NCBI GenBank assembly: GCA_964521165.1
Contig: CAZFRA010000002.1
Location: 2,320-66,319 of the forward strand
Length of the DNA stretch: 64,000 bases
From: an uncultured Lachnospiraceae bacterium
Lineage (GTDB): Bacteria; Bacillota; Clostridia; Christensenellales; UBA1242
Direction of reading: 5' to 3'
In this document: positions 36,266 through 45,308 of the stretch, piece by piece
How the letters are laid out: each line of letters starts with the position of its first letter
Numbering within the stretch: position 1 is the stretch's first letter
The notes under the pieces: model-generated
Seen by the model: the letters and a program-made list of their open reading frames with translations, nothing else
Told to the model about the DNA's origin: nothing
The model's database searches: none
Translations under genes and position numbers: made by a program

Positions 36266-36985
36266 ATGTTAACAACAGTCTTTCGTGTGATGATAATCTA
36301 TATTATTGTGCTTTTTCTTTATCGACTTATGGGGAAAAGGCAGTTGGGACAAATGCAGCCTTTTGAACTTGTCCTGACGCTTATCATTGCCGACCTTGCC
36401 ACCATTCCAATGGCAGAAGTGGCTGTGCCGGTTTTGGAAGGTATTGTTCCACTTTTCACACTTGTTCTTCTTCACTTTGCCATAACTTTACTTTGCAAAT
36501 TTTCCACAAAATTTTCACACTTTGTGAGTGGTAAACCGGTGATAGTGATAAATCCAAAAGGGATTGACTATCGCGCGCTCAAAAATCTCAATCTTTCAAT
36601 TGACGACATTATGGAAGCTGTGCGCGGAGCAGGATATTTCAAACTTGAACAAATTCAATACGCTATTATGGAGACAAATGGCAAGGTGTCTGTTTTTCCA
36701 AAAAGTGAATTTTCACCGGTGACGATTGGCGACTTAAATCTTCAAGCGGATAAGAGTGCATTGCCGATAAATCTTGTTTGTGAAGGAAAAATTTTGAAGG
36801 AAAATTTGAAAGTTGCGAAGGTGAACGAAGAATACATATTTTCACTTTTAAAAAAGGCGGATATCAAGAAGGTGAAGGATTGTCTTATCCTTTCTGTCGA
36901 TAAAGGCGGCGCAGTTTTTGTGCAAAAATTTGACGAAGCATACAAAACTTTCAATGTTAAGCCGCTTGGTCAGGTGCAAGAATGA
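36266..36985 (+). CDS. DUF421 (YetF/YdfS-like) membrane protein
   Basis: MLTTVFRVMIIYIIVLFLYRLMGKRQLGQMQPFELV... is the canonical DUF421 N-terminus. C-terminal soluble domain. Confidence 0.85.
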   Translation: MLTTVFRVMIIYIIVLFLYRLMGKRQLGQMQPFELVLTLIIADLATIPMAEVAVPVLEGIVPLFTLVLLHFAITLLCKFSTKFSHFVSGKPVIVINPKGIDYRALKNLNLSIDDIMEAVRGAGYFKLEQIQYAIMETNGKVSVFPKSEFSPVTIGDLNLQADKSALPINLVCEGKILKENLKVAKVNEEYIFSLLKKADIKKVKDCLILSVDKGGAVFVQKFDEAYKTFNVKPLGQVQE

Positions 36986-37386
36986 CGAAGTTTATGTGGT
37001 TCCAAACGCTCTCCATTTTGCTTATTTTGCTTTTACTTGTCACCATTTGTGTGGCGGAAGACAAATTAGTTTCCAATGCGCTATTAACCATTCAAGAATA
37101 TGTTTACGAAATTGAGAGTGCCGTGCTAAAAAATGACGGTATAAGAAACAGCGAGGTCAATTCTCTAGTGGAGAACTTGGAAGAAAAATGGTTTAACGCG
37201 GAGAGAAATATGTGCTATGTCGTCAATCATAAATCCATTCAAGAGATTGGCGTGGAAATTGTCAAATTGAAGACTTACATCGAAGAAAACGACCCAACAG
37301 AATTTGCCGTTTCTCTGGAACTTATCAAGTTATATTTTGAGCAATATCAGCATTTTATGAGCGCAAATTTTAAAAATATTTTATAG
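36982..37386 (+). CDS. DUF4363-like small membrane-anchored protein
   Basis: ATGA overlap with the DUF421 gene, the usual DUF421-DUF4363 pairing. One N-terminal TM followed by a helical domain. Confidence 0.65.
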   Translation: MTKFMWFQTLSILLILLLLVTICVAEDKLVSNALLTIQEYVYEIESAVLKNDGIRNSEVNSLVENLEEKWFNAERNMCYVVNHKSIQEIGVEIVKLKTYIEENDPTEFAVSLELIKLYFEQYQHFMSANFKNIL

Positions 37387-37451
37387 TGCATTTTAATCGC
37401 CTTTTATAATATGATAAATTAAAAAGATATCATAAAAAAGAAACAATAAAA

Positions 37452-37486
37452 AATGCTAAATGTTTTTTTACTTAGCATTTTTTAAT
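37452..37486. terminator. Bidirectional terminator between convergent genes
   Basis: Stem AATGCTAA (37452-37459) / TTAGCATT (37472-37479), flanked by an A-run and a T-run. Confidence 0.7.
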
Positions 37487-37530
37487 TTTTTCTCAAAAAA
37501 TATCGATTTTTTTTGATTTTTTAATAGATT

Positions 37531-38625
37531 TTAATATATTTTTTCTGTTCGTTTAATCACGATGATAAGAATTATTGATGCAATTATCACAAGAATAAGA
37601 ACACTTAATAAGATGATTAGCCACACATATGAAGTGGTAGGCACCTTGATTGTGGAAACGGTTGTGCTTGCGCTTGCAATAACTTCACCGTTTGTGTTAT
37701 ACACCGTGCAAGTCACAGTGAAGGTTGCTTCAATGCCGTTGCTGTCGAAATAGAAGGTTGTGCCGTTTCGATTTTCGTAACTTTCATACAAAGGCAAAAA
37801 TGAATAATATCCTTCCAATTCTGTGTCACTTCGAGTCAAAACATAGCGGAAGTTATTTTCATCGATCCCATCAACAAACCACTCGACATAGACTGGATTG
37901 ACATAGTCATAGGTGTTGGTGCTTAAAGTGAAGTTGAAGGCGTCAAGAATAGTTCCGGAACTTGGAACGGTGGTGTAGTTAATCGAAAAACTTCCACTTT
38001 TTGTGTCGATGTCATCTGGAAGTATGGCGATATATATCGGATCAGAAAGTGCGCGAGTTGATATTTCACTCGAATCATTGCTGAAGTATGTGTAAGTAAA
38101 TTCAAATTTATAAAGTCCAAATCCGTATCCGCAATATTCATTTGTGGAAAGGTCACTTGTTTCGTTAATATAAAACCTTAATGAAAGATTGTCAGAGTTG
38201 CCCAAAGAATAGGGGACATCCAAATATTTATCCTGTGTTTCGTCGTGAATGTTTTGTTCCAAGTCGTCGGTCTGCAAATAAGAAACTCGAAGTTCGGTGT
38301 CTATGATATTATATTGCGAAGCATATGTGCTTTTTTGGATAACAATATATAAACGAGAGATTTCCGACCAATTGTAGCAATAATATGTTATCGTTTGATT
38401 TTCATCCACTTTTAAAGTGGCAGTTTTTTCGGTTGGTGATAGAGAGTTGGTGGAACTGTCATAACCTCGAAAATTTATGGAATAAAAATTGTCAGACACG
38501 GCTAAGGTGTTATTATCTTCAAGCGTCACATCCGCTTTTGCTGTGTTAACAAAAAATAAAGGTAGTGCAACCAACACTAACAATATGGCAAAAGTGATTA
38601 AATTTAAATAACATCTTTTAACCAT
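37531..38625 (-). CDS. Type I membrane protein: signal peptide, roughly 300-aa Asn/Ser/Thr/Tyr-rich ectodomain, C-terminal TM anchor
   Basis: Signal peptide ends ...FFVNTAKA/DV. C-terminal TM is YVWLIILLSVLILVIIASIILIIVI, followed by KRTEKIY. I recognise no family. Confidence 0.75.
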   Translation of the reverse strand: MVKRCYLNLITFAILLVLVALPLFFVNTAKADVTLEDNNTLAVSDNFYSINFRGYDSSTNSLSPTEKTATLKVDENQTITYYCYNWSEISRLYIVIQKSTYASQYNIIDTELRVSYLQTDDLEQNIHDETQDKYLDVPYSLGNSDNLSLRFYINETSDLSTNEYCGYGFGLYKFEFTYTYFSNDSSEISTRALSDPIYIAILPDDIDTKSGSFSINYTTVPSSGTILDAFNFTLSTNTYDYVNPVYVEWFVDGIDENNFRYVLTRSDTELEGYYSFLPLYESYENRNGTTFYFDSNGIEATFTVTCTVYNTNGEVIASASTTVSTIKVPTTSYVWLIILLSVLILVIIASIILIIVIKRTEKIY

Positions 38626-38631
38626 AACTTA

Positions 38632-38640
38632 ATTTTATCA
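38632..38640 (-). promoter_or_regulatory. Extended -10 promoter abutting the start of the 364-aa gene (leaderless candidate)
   Basis: Minus strand: TGaTAAAAT (38640-38632), 6 nt, ATG 38625. No SD. Confidence 0.5.
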
Positions 38641-38687
38641 CAATTTATCATAAAATAAAAATAATTTTAATAGTTTTTAAAAGTTGT

Positions 38688-38716
38688 TTGACTTTATTTG
38701 GTTTTATTTTTATAAT
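38688..38716 (+). promoter_or_regulatory. Consensus promoter abutting the GlmU-like start codon (leaderless candidate)
   Basis: TTGACT 38688-38693, 17 nt, TATAAT 38711-38716, 6 nt, ATG 38723. No SD. Confidence 0.6.
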
Positions 38717-38722
38717 ATAACT

Positions 38723-39559
38723 ATGGAAATTGAAGAAATGGTTGAAGTGCAAACTTCTATAGAAACAAATTTGGACGATGTTGTTCAAAAAGTCAACAAT
38801 CAAGAACCAGAAGTGTTGGCAAGTTCTTTTGATTGGGTCAAAGACGAAACTTTGGTTTTGATTGTTAAAGCGGAAAACGCCAATTTTGATTATTGCAATT
38901 TTGACCTATGTGGCAAAAAAATGGTGGATTGGGTTAAACTTGCCACATCCATTTGTCATCAAAAGATTTTGGAAAGCGAAAACCTTATCGTCGACTTTTT
39001 GCAAAAATATAAGGAAGAATATAGGCAGATTGCTGTGTTATACAGCGACACGCCACTTTTGCAGAAATCCACTTTTCTGGAGATTATGAGATATTTTTCT
39101 GCCAAAAAAATGAATTTCTTACCACTTCAACGCGGATTTGTTATAAGTTCGTCTTTTGTGGATAATTATTCCAACATCCTTTCCACTCCGTTCGTCGACT
39201 TTGGCACTGATGATTTCTTTGTTGTGAATTCAGCGTCGAGATTGTCATACGCTTTTATGGTCTTAAATAAACGTATCCTTGCTTTTCACAAAAGTCAAGG
39301 AGTGGTTATTTTCAGCGAAAACACCACATTCATTGAAGCGGATGTGCAAATTGAAGAAGGAGTGGTTATCTATCCAAACAATATCCTAAAAGGCGAAAGT
39401 TATATCGGCAAAAATGTCGTTTTGGAAAGCGGGAACTATATTTTCGACACTATCGTTTGCGACAACGCTTTCATAACGCAAAGTTATCTTGAAAAGAGCA
39501 AGGTGCCGGAAGGCAAAACAATTGGTCCGTTTGAGAAATTTATTAACGAAACACTTTAA
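38723..39559 (+). CDS. Short, degenerate GlmU-like protein (nucleotidyltransferase-like fold plus about 9 hexapeptide repeats)
   Basis: VLYSDTPLLQKSTFLEIM resembles GlmU VLYGDxPLI, and CGKKMVDWV resembles the L.GKPM..HV region. The LbH hexads are VQIEEG/VVIYPN/NILKGE/SYIGKN/VVLESG. The GxGTRM loop is absent. 278 aa compared with about 450 for GlmU. Confidence 0.55.
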   Translation: MEIEEMVEVQTSIETNLDDVVQKVNNQEPEVLASSFDWVKDETLVLIVKAENANFDYCNFDLCGKKMVDWVKLATSICHQKILESENLIVDFLQKYKEEYRQIAVLYSDTPLLQKSTFLEIMRYFSAKKMNFLPLQRGFVISSSFVDNYSNILSTPFVDFGTDDFFVVNSASRLSYAFMVLNKRILAFHKSQGVVIFSENTTFIEADVQIEEGVVIYPNNILKGESYIGKNVVLESGNYIFDTIVCDNAFITQSYLEKSKVPEGKTIGPFEKFINETL

Positions 39560-39569
39560 AGGGGAAGAT

Positions 39570-40076
39570 ATGAAAATAATCATTGGTCTTGGGAATTATG
39601 GCGAAAAGTTCAAAAATACCTATCACAATCTAGGTTTTGATGTTGTTAACGCTATTGCTGAAAAACTTGGTGTCACTTTCAAACTTAAAAAAACTTTCAA
39701 ATCCTTGGTCGGTGAAACAACAATAGGGGATGAGAAATATATTTTGGCGAAACCTTTGACGTATATGAACAATTCAGGGGAAGCGGTCAAGGTTTTTAAG
39801 GCAAAGTATGCCGACGCGCGCATTTTGGTGGTAACTGACGATATCGACTTGCCTCGCGGGACGATTCGATATAAAGAATACGGAAGCGGTGGCACTCACA
39901 ATGGACTACGAAGCATTGTCGACAACATCGGTACTGAATTTGAACGTATGAAAGTTGGTATTGGCAGAGATATTTTTATGGACTTAAAAGACTTTGTTTT
40001 GTCGAAGTATGACAAGGCGGTGTTTGAGCCAATAATTGAAAAGGCTGTGGTGGAAATTTTAGACAGATTGAAATGA
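39570..40076 (+). CDS. pth: Peptidyl-tRNA hydrolase
   Basis: MKIIIGLGNYG..YHNLGF, YMNNSGEAV, GSGGTHNGLRS. GGGGAAG SD. The upstream extension to 39489 is rejected. Confidence 0.95.
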   Translation: MKIIIGLGNYGEKFKNTYHNLGFDVVNAIAEKLGVTFKLKKTFKSLVGETTIGDEKYILAKPLTYMNNSGEAVKVFKAKYADARILVVTDDIDLPRGTIRYKEYGSGGTHNGLRSIVDNIGTEFERMKVGIGRDIFMDLKDFVLSKYDKAVFEPIIEKAVVEILDRLK

Positions 40077-43000
40077 CATTTATTAACTATTTTAAAAATA
40101 AAAACATCTTAAAAAACAAAAATATCGGTGGTTTAACAATCGGTGAGAAGGCGTTTCTGACGGCAAGTCTTAATCGTGGCGTTTATCTTTGTGGTGATTT
40201 TGTTACGGCTAGTAAACTCAAATTTGCATTGTCCAGTCTTGGCAAAAATGCAGAAATCATCTCGTGTGGACGCGAAATTCAAGGTTTTGACCCTAATCTT
40301 TTTGTGTTTGCTGGCAGTGTTTCCAAATTTTTGAACGGAAAAATTGATTTTCTAATTTTTTTGCCGTCGTCAATGACAACCAAATTTAATTTATCTTTTT
40401 TAAAAGAAATTATAACTTTGGAAGTTAAGAAAATATATAACCTTGACGATTTGCTGGAAAGATTAACCAATTTAGGCTATGAACGTGTGGATTATGTCAA
40501 TATTGAAGGGCAGTTTGCTGTGCGTGGCGATATTTTGGATATCTTCCTTTTAGGCGACAGTCCAATCAGAGTGGAATTTTTCGACGAAGAAGTGGAACGA
40601 ATAATTCAATTTGAAACATCTTCAATGAAAACTTTGAAGGAACTTGAAAAGATTGAAATAAGTCCGCTGACTCTTCAAATTGGTGAAAACGATGTGACTG
40701 ATTTATGTTCAGATTTTATTATTGACGAGCCAATAAAGATTGAAAACGAGTGCGAAATTTTGAAAAAAGCAAGAGAAAATCTTTCTTTTTCCAGCGATAA
40801 TATGTTTGTTGATTTTGCCAAAATATATGAAAAACACAAATATCTTTTTGTGAATACTGAAATTGCCAAATATGAAAATTCGACTATAGGACAAAAAAGT
40901 TATGTCACCGATTTTGTAGAATTAAAAAAGGATTTAGAAATATTCCGTTACCAAAACTATTCCATTTTCTTGTTTGCTGGTCAGTTTGAAGAGATGCTGT
41001 CTGAATTTTTACTAACAAACAATATTCCTTTTCAAAAATTTGGTGAAGAAAAAGTAGAAAGCGGTATTTTTCTCATTCCACAATATTTCCCTTTTTCTTT
41101 CAGTTTTTTGAAAGAAAAGATTGTGGCAATCGGCACCGACGATATGTATAAGTCGAAAAAAATCGACTTCAAAAAGGGCAAAGAGCGTTTTTCCTATCTT
41201 CCAAAGGTGAATGACTATGTCGTCCATTCGTTTTATGGCATCGGCATTTGCAAAGATATCGTTCGATTGAAACTTTCGCATTTTGAAAAAGATTATTTTG
41301 TTTTGGAATATAAAAACGGTGCACTTTTGTATCTTCCAACAGAGCAGGCGAATTATATCTCGGCATACATCGGCGCGGAAAATCCAAAACTTAACACTCT
41401 CGGCTCATCAGAGTGGTCGCACTTAAAGGCGAAAGTTAAGGAAAACTTGAAAGAAGTTGCCATTTCGCTCGCCAAAATCTATAAAGAAAGAGAAAAGCAA
41501 AAAGGTTTTAAATTTGAAAGAGATGATGAATTAGAAAAGCAATTTGAAGATAATTTTCCTTATGAACTAACACCGGACCAAGTTCAGGCAATCAGCGATA
41601 TTGATAAGGATATGGAAAGCGAAAAGATAATGGATAGGCTGATTTGTGGCGATGTCGGCTTCGGCAAAACCGAAGTGGCTTTTCGTGCGTGTTTCAAGGC
41701 AGTCTACAACTCTAAACAGGTTGCTTTTCTTTGCCCAACCACAATTTTAAGCGAACAGCACTATCGTTCGGCAAAAGAGCGTTTTGAGCCGTTCGGTGTG
41801 AAGGTGGAAATCTTAAATCGCTTTAAATCTGCGAAAGAAACGAAGGATATTTTGACAAGACTTAAAGAAGGCAAGGTCGACATCTTGATTGGTACGCACA
41901 AAATTTTAGGTAAGGATGTGATATTTAAAGATTTAGGTCTTTTGGTTTTGGACGAAGAACAACGCTTTGGCGTGAAAGATAAGGAAAAAATTAAAGATAC
42001 AAAGAAAAATATTGATGTAATCACTCTCTCGGCGACGCCAATTCCGCGCACGCTTCATATGTCGCTTTCGAGTATTCGAGATATAAGTGTGATTGCCACA
42101 CCGCCAAAGGACAGGTTGCCAATTCAAACTTATGTTACCGATTATAGCAACCAACTTTTGCAAGATGTTTCCAAAAGAGAACTTTCACGCGGCGGAAAAG
42201 TTTTGGTGCTTTTCAATCGCGTTATGGACATCAATAATTTCGCAAATCACGTCAAAATGTTACTTCCAGACGCGCGTATCGGAGTGGCGCACGGGCAAAT
42301 GCAGGAAAAAGAACTTTCCAGAGTGATAAGCGACCTATATGAAGATAAATTCAACATTTTTATCAGCACAACGCTGATTGAAAATGGAATTGATTTGCCA
42401 AATCTTAACACTTTATTTGTGTTGGATAGCGACCAACTCGGGCTCAGTCAATTATATCAAATTCGCGGACGAATTGGGCGGGGTGATAAACTTGCCTATG
42501 CCTATCTCACTTTTGACCGTGGAAAAATTTTGACCGAAGATGCCTATAAGCGTTTGGAAGCGATAACCGAATTTCGTGAACTTGGAAGCGGTTTTAAAAT
42601 TGCAATGCGCGACCTTGAAATTCGCGGTGCGGGCAACATTTTAGGGAAAGAACAGCACGGACATATGGAAAAAGTTGGCTATGATATGTATGTCAAACTT
42701 CTCGACGAAGTTACACGTGGACTTAATGAAGAAGGAAGAGAGATAAAAGTGGAATTGCCGCTTGATGCATATATCAGTGAAGGATATATCTCTTCACAAG
42801 ATGAGCGTATTATTTTCTACGACAAAATAAGTCACATATCCACCATAAAAGAACGCGACGAAGTTTTGAGTGAACTAAAATCGACCAATGGCGATGTGCC
42901 AAAAGAAACGGTGAATCTCACAAATATCGCCCTTTTGAAAAATTTGGCGGTAAATTTCAATGTTAAACAAATCAAAATCACGGCGAAAGAATGTTTAGTG

Positions 43001-43183
43001 TATTTCTATAAAAACAAGGAGATAATTGATAAAAGATTGTCGAAAATGAGTGAATATTACAGTTTCAGTTTAAAATTTGCCGAGTTGCCTATTCTAAAAA
43101 TGAATGTGGAAGATAGCGTGGAAAACAAGATGAAAATCCTTCAAGAAATGTTTATAAAAGCGCTAGAACTTAAAAAAGATTAA
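40073..43183 (+). CDS. mfd: Transcription-repair coupling factor Mfd
   Basis: ATGA overlap with pth. RNAP-interacting region (HSFYGIGIC...), Walker A GDVGFGKTEVA, DEEQRFGV, LSATPIPRTL, QIRGRIGRG. 1,036 aa, somewhat shorter than typical Mfd. Confidence 0.95.
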   Translation: MTFINYFKNKNILKNKNIGGLTIGEKAFLTASLNRGVYLCGDFVTASKLKFALSSLGKNAEIISCGREIQGFDPNLFVFAGSVSKFLNGKIDFLIFLPSSMTTKFNLSFLKEIITLEVKKIYNLDDLLERLTNLGYERVDYVNIEGQFAVRGDILDIFLLGDSPIRVEFFDEEVERIIQFETSSMKTLKELEKIEISPLTLQIGENDVTDLCSDFIIDEPIKIENECEILKKARENLSFSSDNMFVDFAKIYEKHKYLFVNTEIAKYENSTIGQKSYVTDFVELKKDLEIFRYQNYSIFLFAGQFEEMLSEFLLTNNIPFQKFGEEKVESGIFLIPQYFPFSFSFLKEKIVAIGTDDMYKSKKIDFKKGKERFSYLPKVNDYVVHSFYGIGICKDIVRLKLSHFEKDYFVLEYKNGALLYLPTEQANYISAYIGAENPKLNTLGSSEWSHLKAKVKENLKEVAISLAKIYKEREKQKGFKFERDDELEKQFEDNFPYELTPDQVQAISDIDKDMESEKIMDRLICGDVGFGKTEVAFRACFKAVYNSKQVAFLCPTTILSEQHYRSAKERFEPFGVKVEILNRFKSAKETKDILTRLKEGKVDILIGTHKILGKDVIFKDLGLLVLDEEQRFGVKDKEKIKDTKKNIDVITLSATPIPRTLHMSLSSIRDISVIATPPKDRLPIQTYVTDYSNQLLQDVSKRELSRGGKVLVLFNRVMDINNFANHVKMLLPDARIGVAHGQMQEKELSRVISDLYEDKFNIFISTTLIENGIDLPNLNTLFVLDSDQLGLSQLYQIRGRIGRGDKLAYAYLTFDRGKILTEDAYKRLEAITEFRELGSGFKIAMRDLEIRGAGNILGKEQHGHMEKVGYDMYVKLLDEVTRGLNEEGREIKVELPLDAYISEGYISSQDERIIFYDKISHISTIKERDEVLSELKSTNGDVPKETVNLTNIALLKNLAVNFNVKQIKITAKECLVYFYKNKEIIDKRLSKMSEYYSFSLKFAELPILKMNVEDSVENKMKILQEMFIKALELKKD

Positions 43184-43260
43184 AAAAATCTTTAAATTTG
43201 CTTGAAATTTGTTATTGTTTAATATATAATAAGTGAGTTAAACAACTACTTGGAGATTAT

Positions 43261-45234
43261 ATGAAGAAGAAAATATTTTCCTTAACCCTATGTTTTGTTA
43301 TGTGTTTGACAGTTTTAACTGGCTGTAATTTATTTGGCACCGACCTTGCAACTTACTATAACGAAGTTGTGGCAACAATAAATTATAATTACGAACTTAA
43401 CGGTTTGACAATCACCGAAAGCGAAGATATCACAAAAAGAGACCTTATCAATGCATACAATTCTTATGGTTATTATTATGTGAGTTATTATGGTTACACC
43501 ACCGAAGATGCACTCGAATTAACACTTGACACAATCATCAACAGAAAACTTATGATAAAAGATGTGGAAGTGACCTATGCGCGCGAAGGTAAAGACCTTT
43601 TCAACGACCGTGAAACTTCATATTTGTGGCAAAGCACTTTCGATGCCTTTTTGGAAAATTTAACTGATTATTACAACGATATTATGGGAATTGAAGACAG
43701 TGAAGATGACTCGTCTTCCAGTTCAACAAGCGGAGTTTATCAACCATATGAACAAAATGCCACTTATTATACCTACACCGATGCAAATGGAGTTCTTCAA
43801 TATGGAGTTAAAAAAATAACTGCTGTTTCCACAGTGAGTGGGTCATATCAAATTTTGGAAAACAGCGATGGAGTGTTTAACTATGAATATCAAAACGAAA
43901 ACGGCGAATATGTTTTCAAAGAACTCATCTATAATATCTTAAAAGAATCTTACACAACACCAAATGTTCAATGGCGAAGCGCAATGAGTCAATATCTTCA
44001 AGAAGTGCGCGACAATTATAGTTACATTGATTTTGAAGATGATGATGAAGTTTTCTATTTCGAACTTGACAGAATCTACCAAATCCTTCGTGATAACTAT
44101 GTTGTCGAAAAATATGAAGAGTTATATAACAGAGCGGCAGAAGAAGGCTCAACTTTGACCAACGTGCGCGTGCAAAACATCATTGATTATTACACAAACG
44201 AAGTGCTTACTGATTATTACACTTATCGTCTCAGTCCGTCCACTTTTGAAACTGATGTGCTTTCATCTTCCACTCTTGTTAACTATGTTTACAAAGCAAC
44301 TGATGCGACGAACTATTTCTATGTTGGTGTCATTCAACTTTCCTTCAAAGATGGACAAACCACACCTTCGGATGTTGATGGACTTGTTGGCGATAAATAT
44401 GTTTTGGATGCAGATGAATATGAAGCATATATAAACTCTTTATATAATCAAATCTATACTTACATAAAAGATGAAACAACTGGCGAAAGTACAGGCGTAA
44501 AAATCTTCGCGCAAGACCTTTTGGACGAACTTGAAGCCCTTGTAAGCCAATATCAAAATAGGTATTTGGACTATGATACAATTATGGCAGACGACAGCGA
44601 AGTTCAAAGACTTTTGCTTAACGAATTAGGTTATGATTCAACCACAATATCTACTCTCACTGCTTCTGATATAAGACAACTTATCTATAATTATGTGGAA
44701 GAAGAAAACAAGGAAATTAGTTATGAATGCGCAGATGCTTTCTTAAAGTATTACTATTATTATAATGATGACACAACTTATCAAAATTCCAATAAAACTT
44801 CGGTTTTTGGCATCTCTTCCGACGGCGAAGTTGTTTATAACGACACATTTAGCAGCGCACAAAATGATGCCTTTGACGAAGCATTAATAAAACTCTACAA
44901 CAACGGTAAGGCTCAAGTTGGCGACCTTTCTGACCTTATAAGAACGGATGATGGAATTTACATTTTGTTCTATGCCGGAGCAGTTGAAAACTTGTTTGGC
45001 GACAATATCACAAGCAACTTCTCGCTTACTTTTGCAGATATCAAAGTGTTGGCATCCACAAGGGTTAATATCTTCTATAATATGACTTATTTTGATTACA
45101 TCTACGACGCAATTTATGAAGAAAACAACTTCGACAATTTCGAAACCGAAAATCTTAATTATTTGAAGAAGACCTTGACCAGCGGAACGAATGGTATTGT
45201 GAAATATCCAGACGGTTACAGCGACTTATACTAA
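43261..45234 (+). CDS. Lipoprotein with a degenerate PrsA/SurA-like (parvulin-type) C-terminal region
   Basis: Lipobox LTGC (Cys22). TGGAGA SD. The C-terminal GDLSDLIRTDDGIYILFY resembles the parvulin G..S..V.T..GYHII strand. Sits after mfd, where Clostridia carry a prsA-like gene. Confidence 0.6.
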   Translation: MKKKIFSLTLCFVMCLTVLTGCNLFGTDLATYYNEVVATINYNYELNGLTITESEDITKRDLINAYNSYGYYYVSYYGYTTEDALELTLDTIINRKLMIKDVEVTYAREGKDLFNDRETSYLWQSTFDAFLENLTDYYNDIMGIEDSEDDSSSSSTSGVYQPYEQNATYYTYTDANGVLQYGVKKITAVSTVSGSYQILENSDGVFNYEYQNENGEYVFKELIYNILKESYTTPNVQWRSAMSQYLQEVRDNYSYIDFEDDDEVFYFELDRIYQILRDNYVVEKYEELYNRAAEEGSTLTNVRVQNIIDYYTNEVLTDYYTYRLSPSTFETDVLSSSTLVNYVYKATDATNYFYVGVIQLSFKDGQTTPSDVDGLVGDKYVLDADEYEAYINSLYNQIYTYIKDETTGESTGVKIFAQDLLDELEALVSQYQNRYLDYDTIMADDSEVQRLLLNELGYDSTTISTLTASDIRQLIYNYVEEENKEISYECADAFLKYYYYYNDDTTYQNSNKTSVFGISSDGEVVYNDTFSSAQNDAFDEALIKLYNNGKAQVGDLSDLIRTDDGIYILFYAGAVENLFGDNITSNFSLTFADIKVLASTRVNIFYNMTYFDYIYDAIYEENNFDNFETENLNYLKKTLTSGTNGIVKYPDGYSDLY

Positions 45235-45246
45235 TTAACTTAAAAA

Positions 45247-45293
45247 GAAACCTTTAAATTTGATTTATAATTTGACAAAGGTTTCTTTTTTTT
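45247..45293 (+). terminator. Terminator hairpin whose loop contains the next gene's -35 box
   Basis: Stem GAAACCTTT (45247-45255) / AAAGGTTTC (45277-45285), 21-nt loop, T-run 45286-45293. Confidence 0.55.
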
Positions 45294-45301
45294 GTTATCA
45301 T
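45272..45301 (+). promoter_or_regulatory. Promoter abutting the start codon of the LPG-synthase-like gene (leaderless candidate)
   Basis: TTGACA 45272-45277, extended -10 TGtTATCAT 45293-45301, 7 nt, ATG 45309. No SD. Confidence 0.55.
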
Positions 45302-45308
45302 AGCGTAT

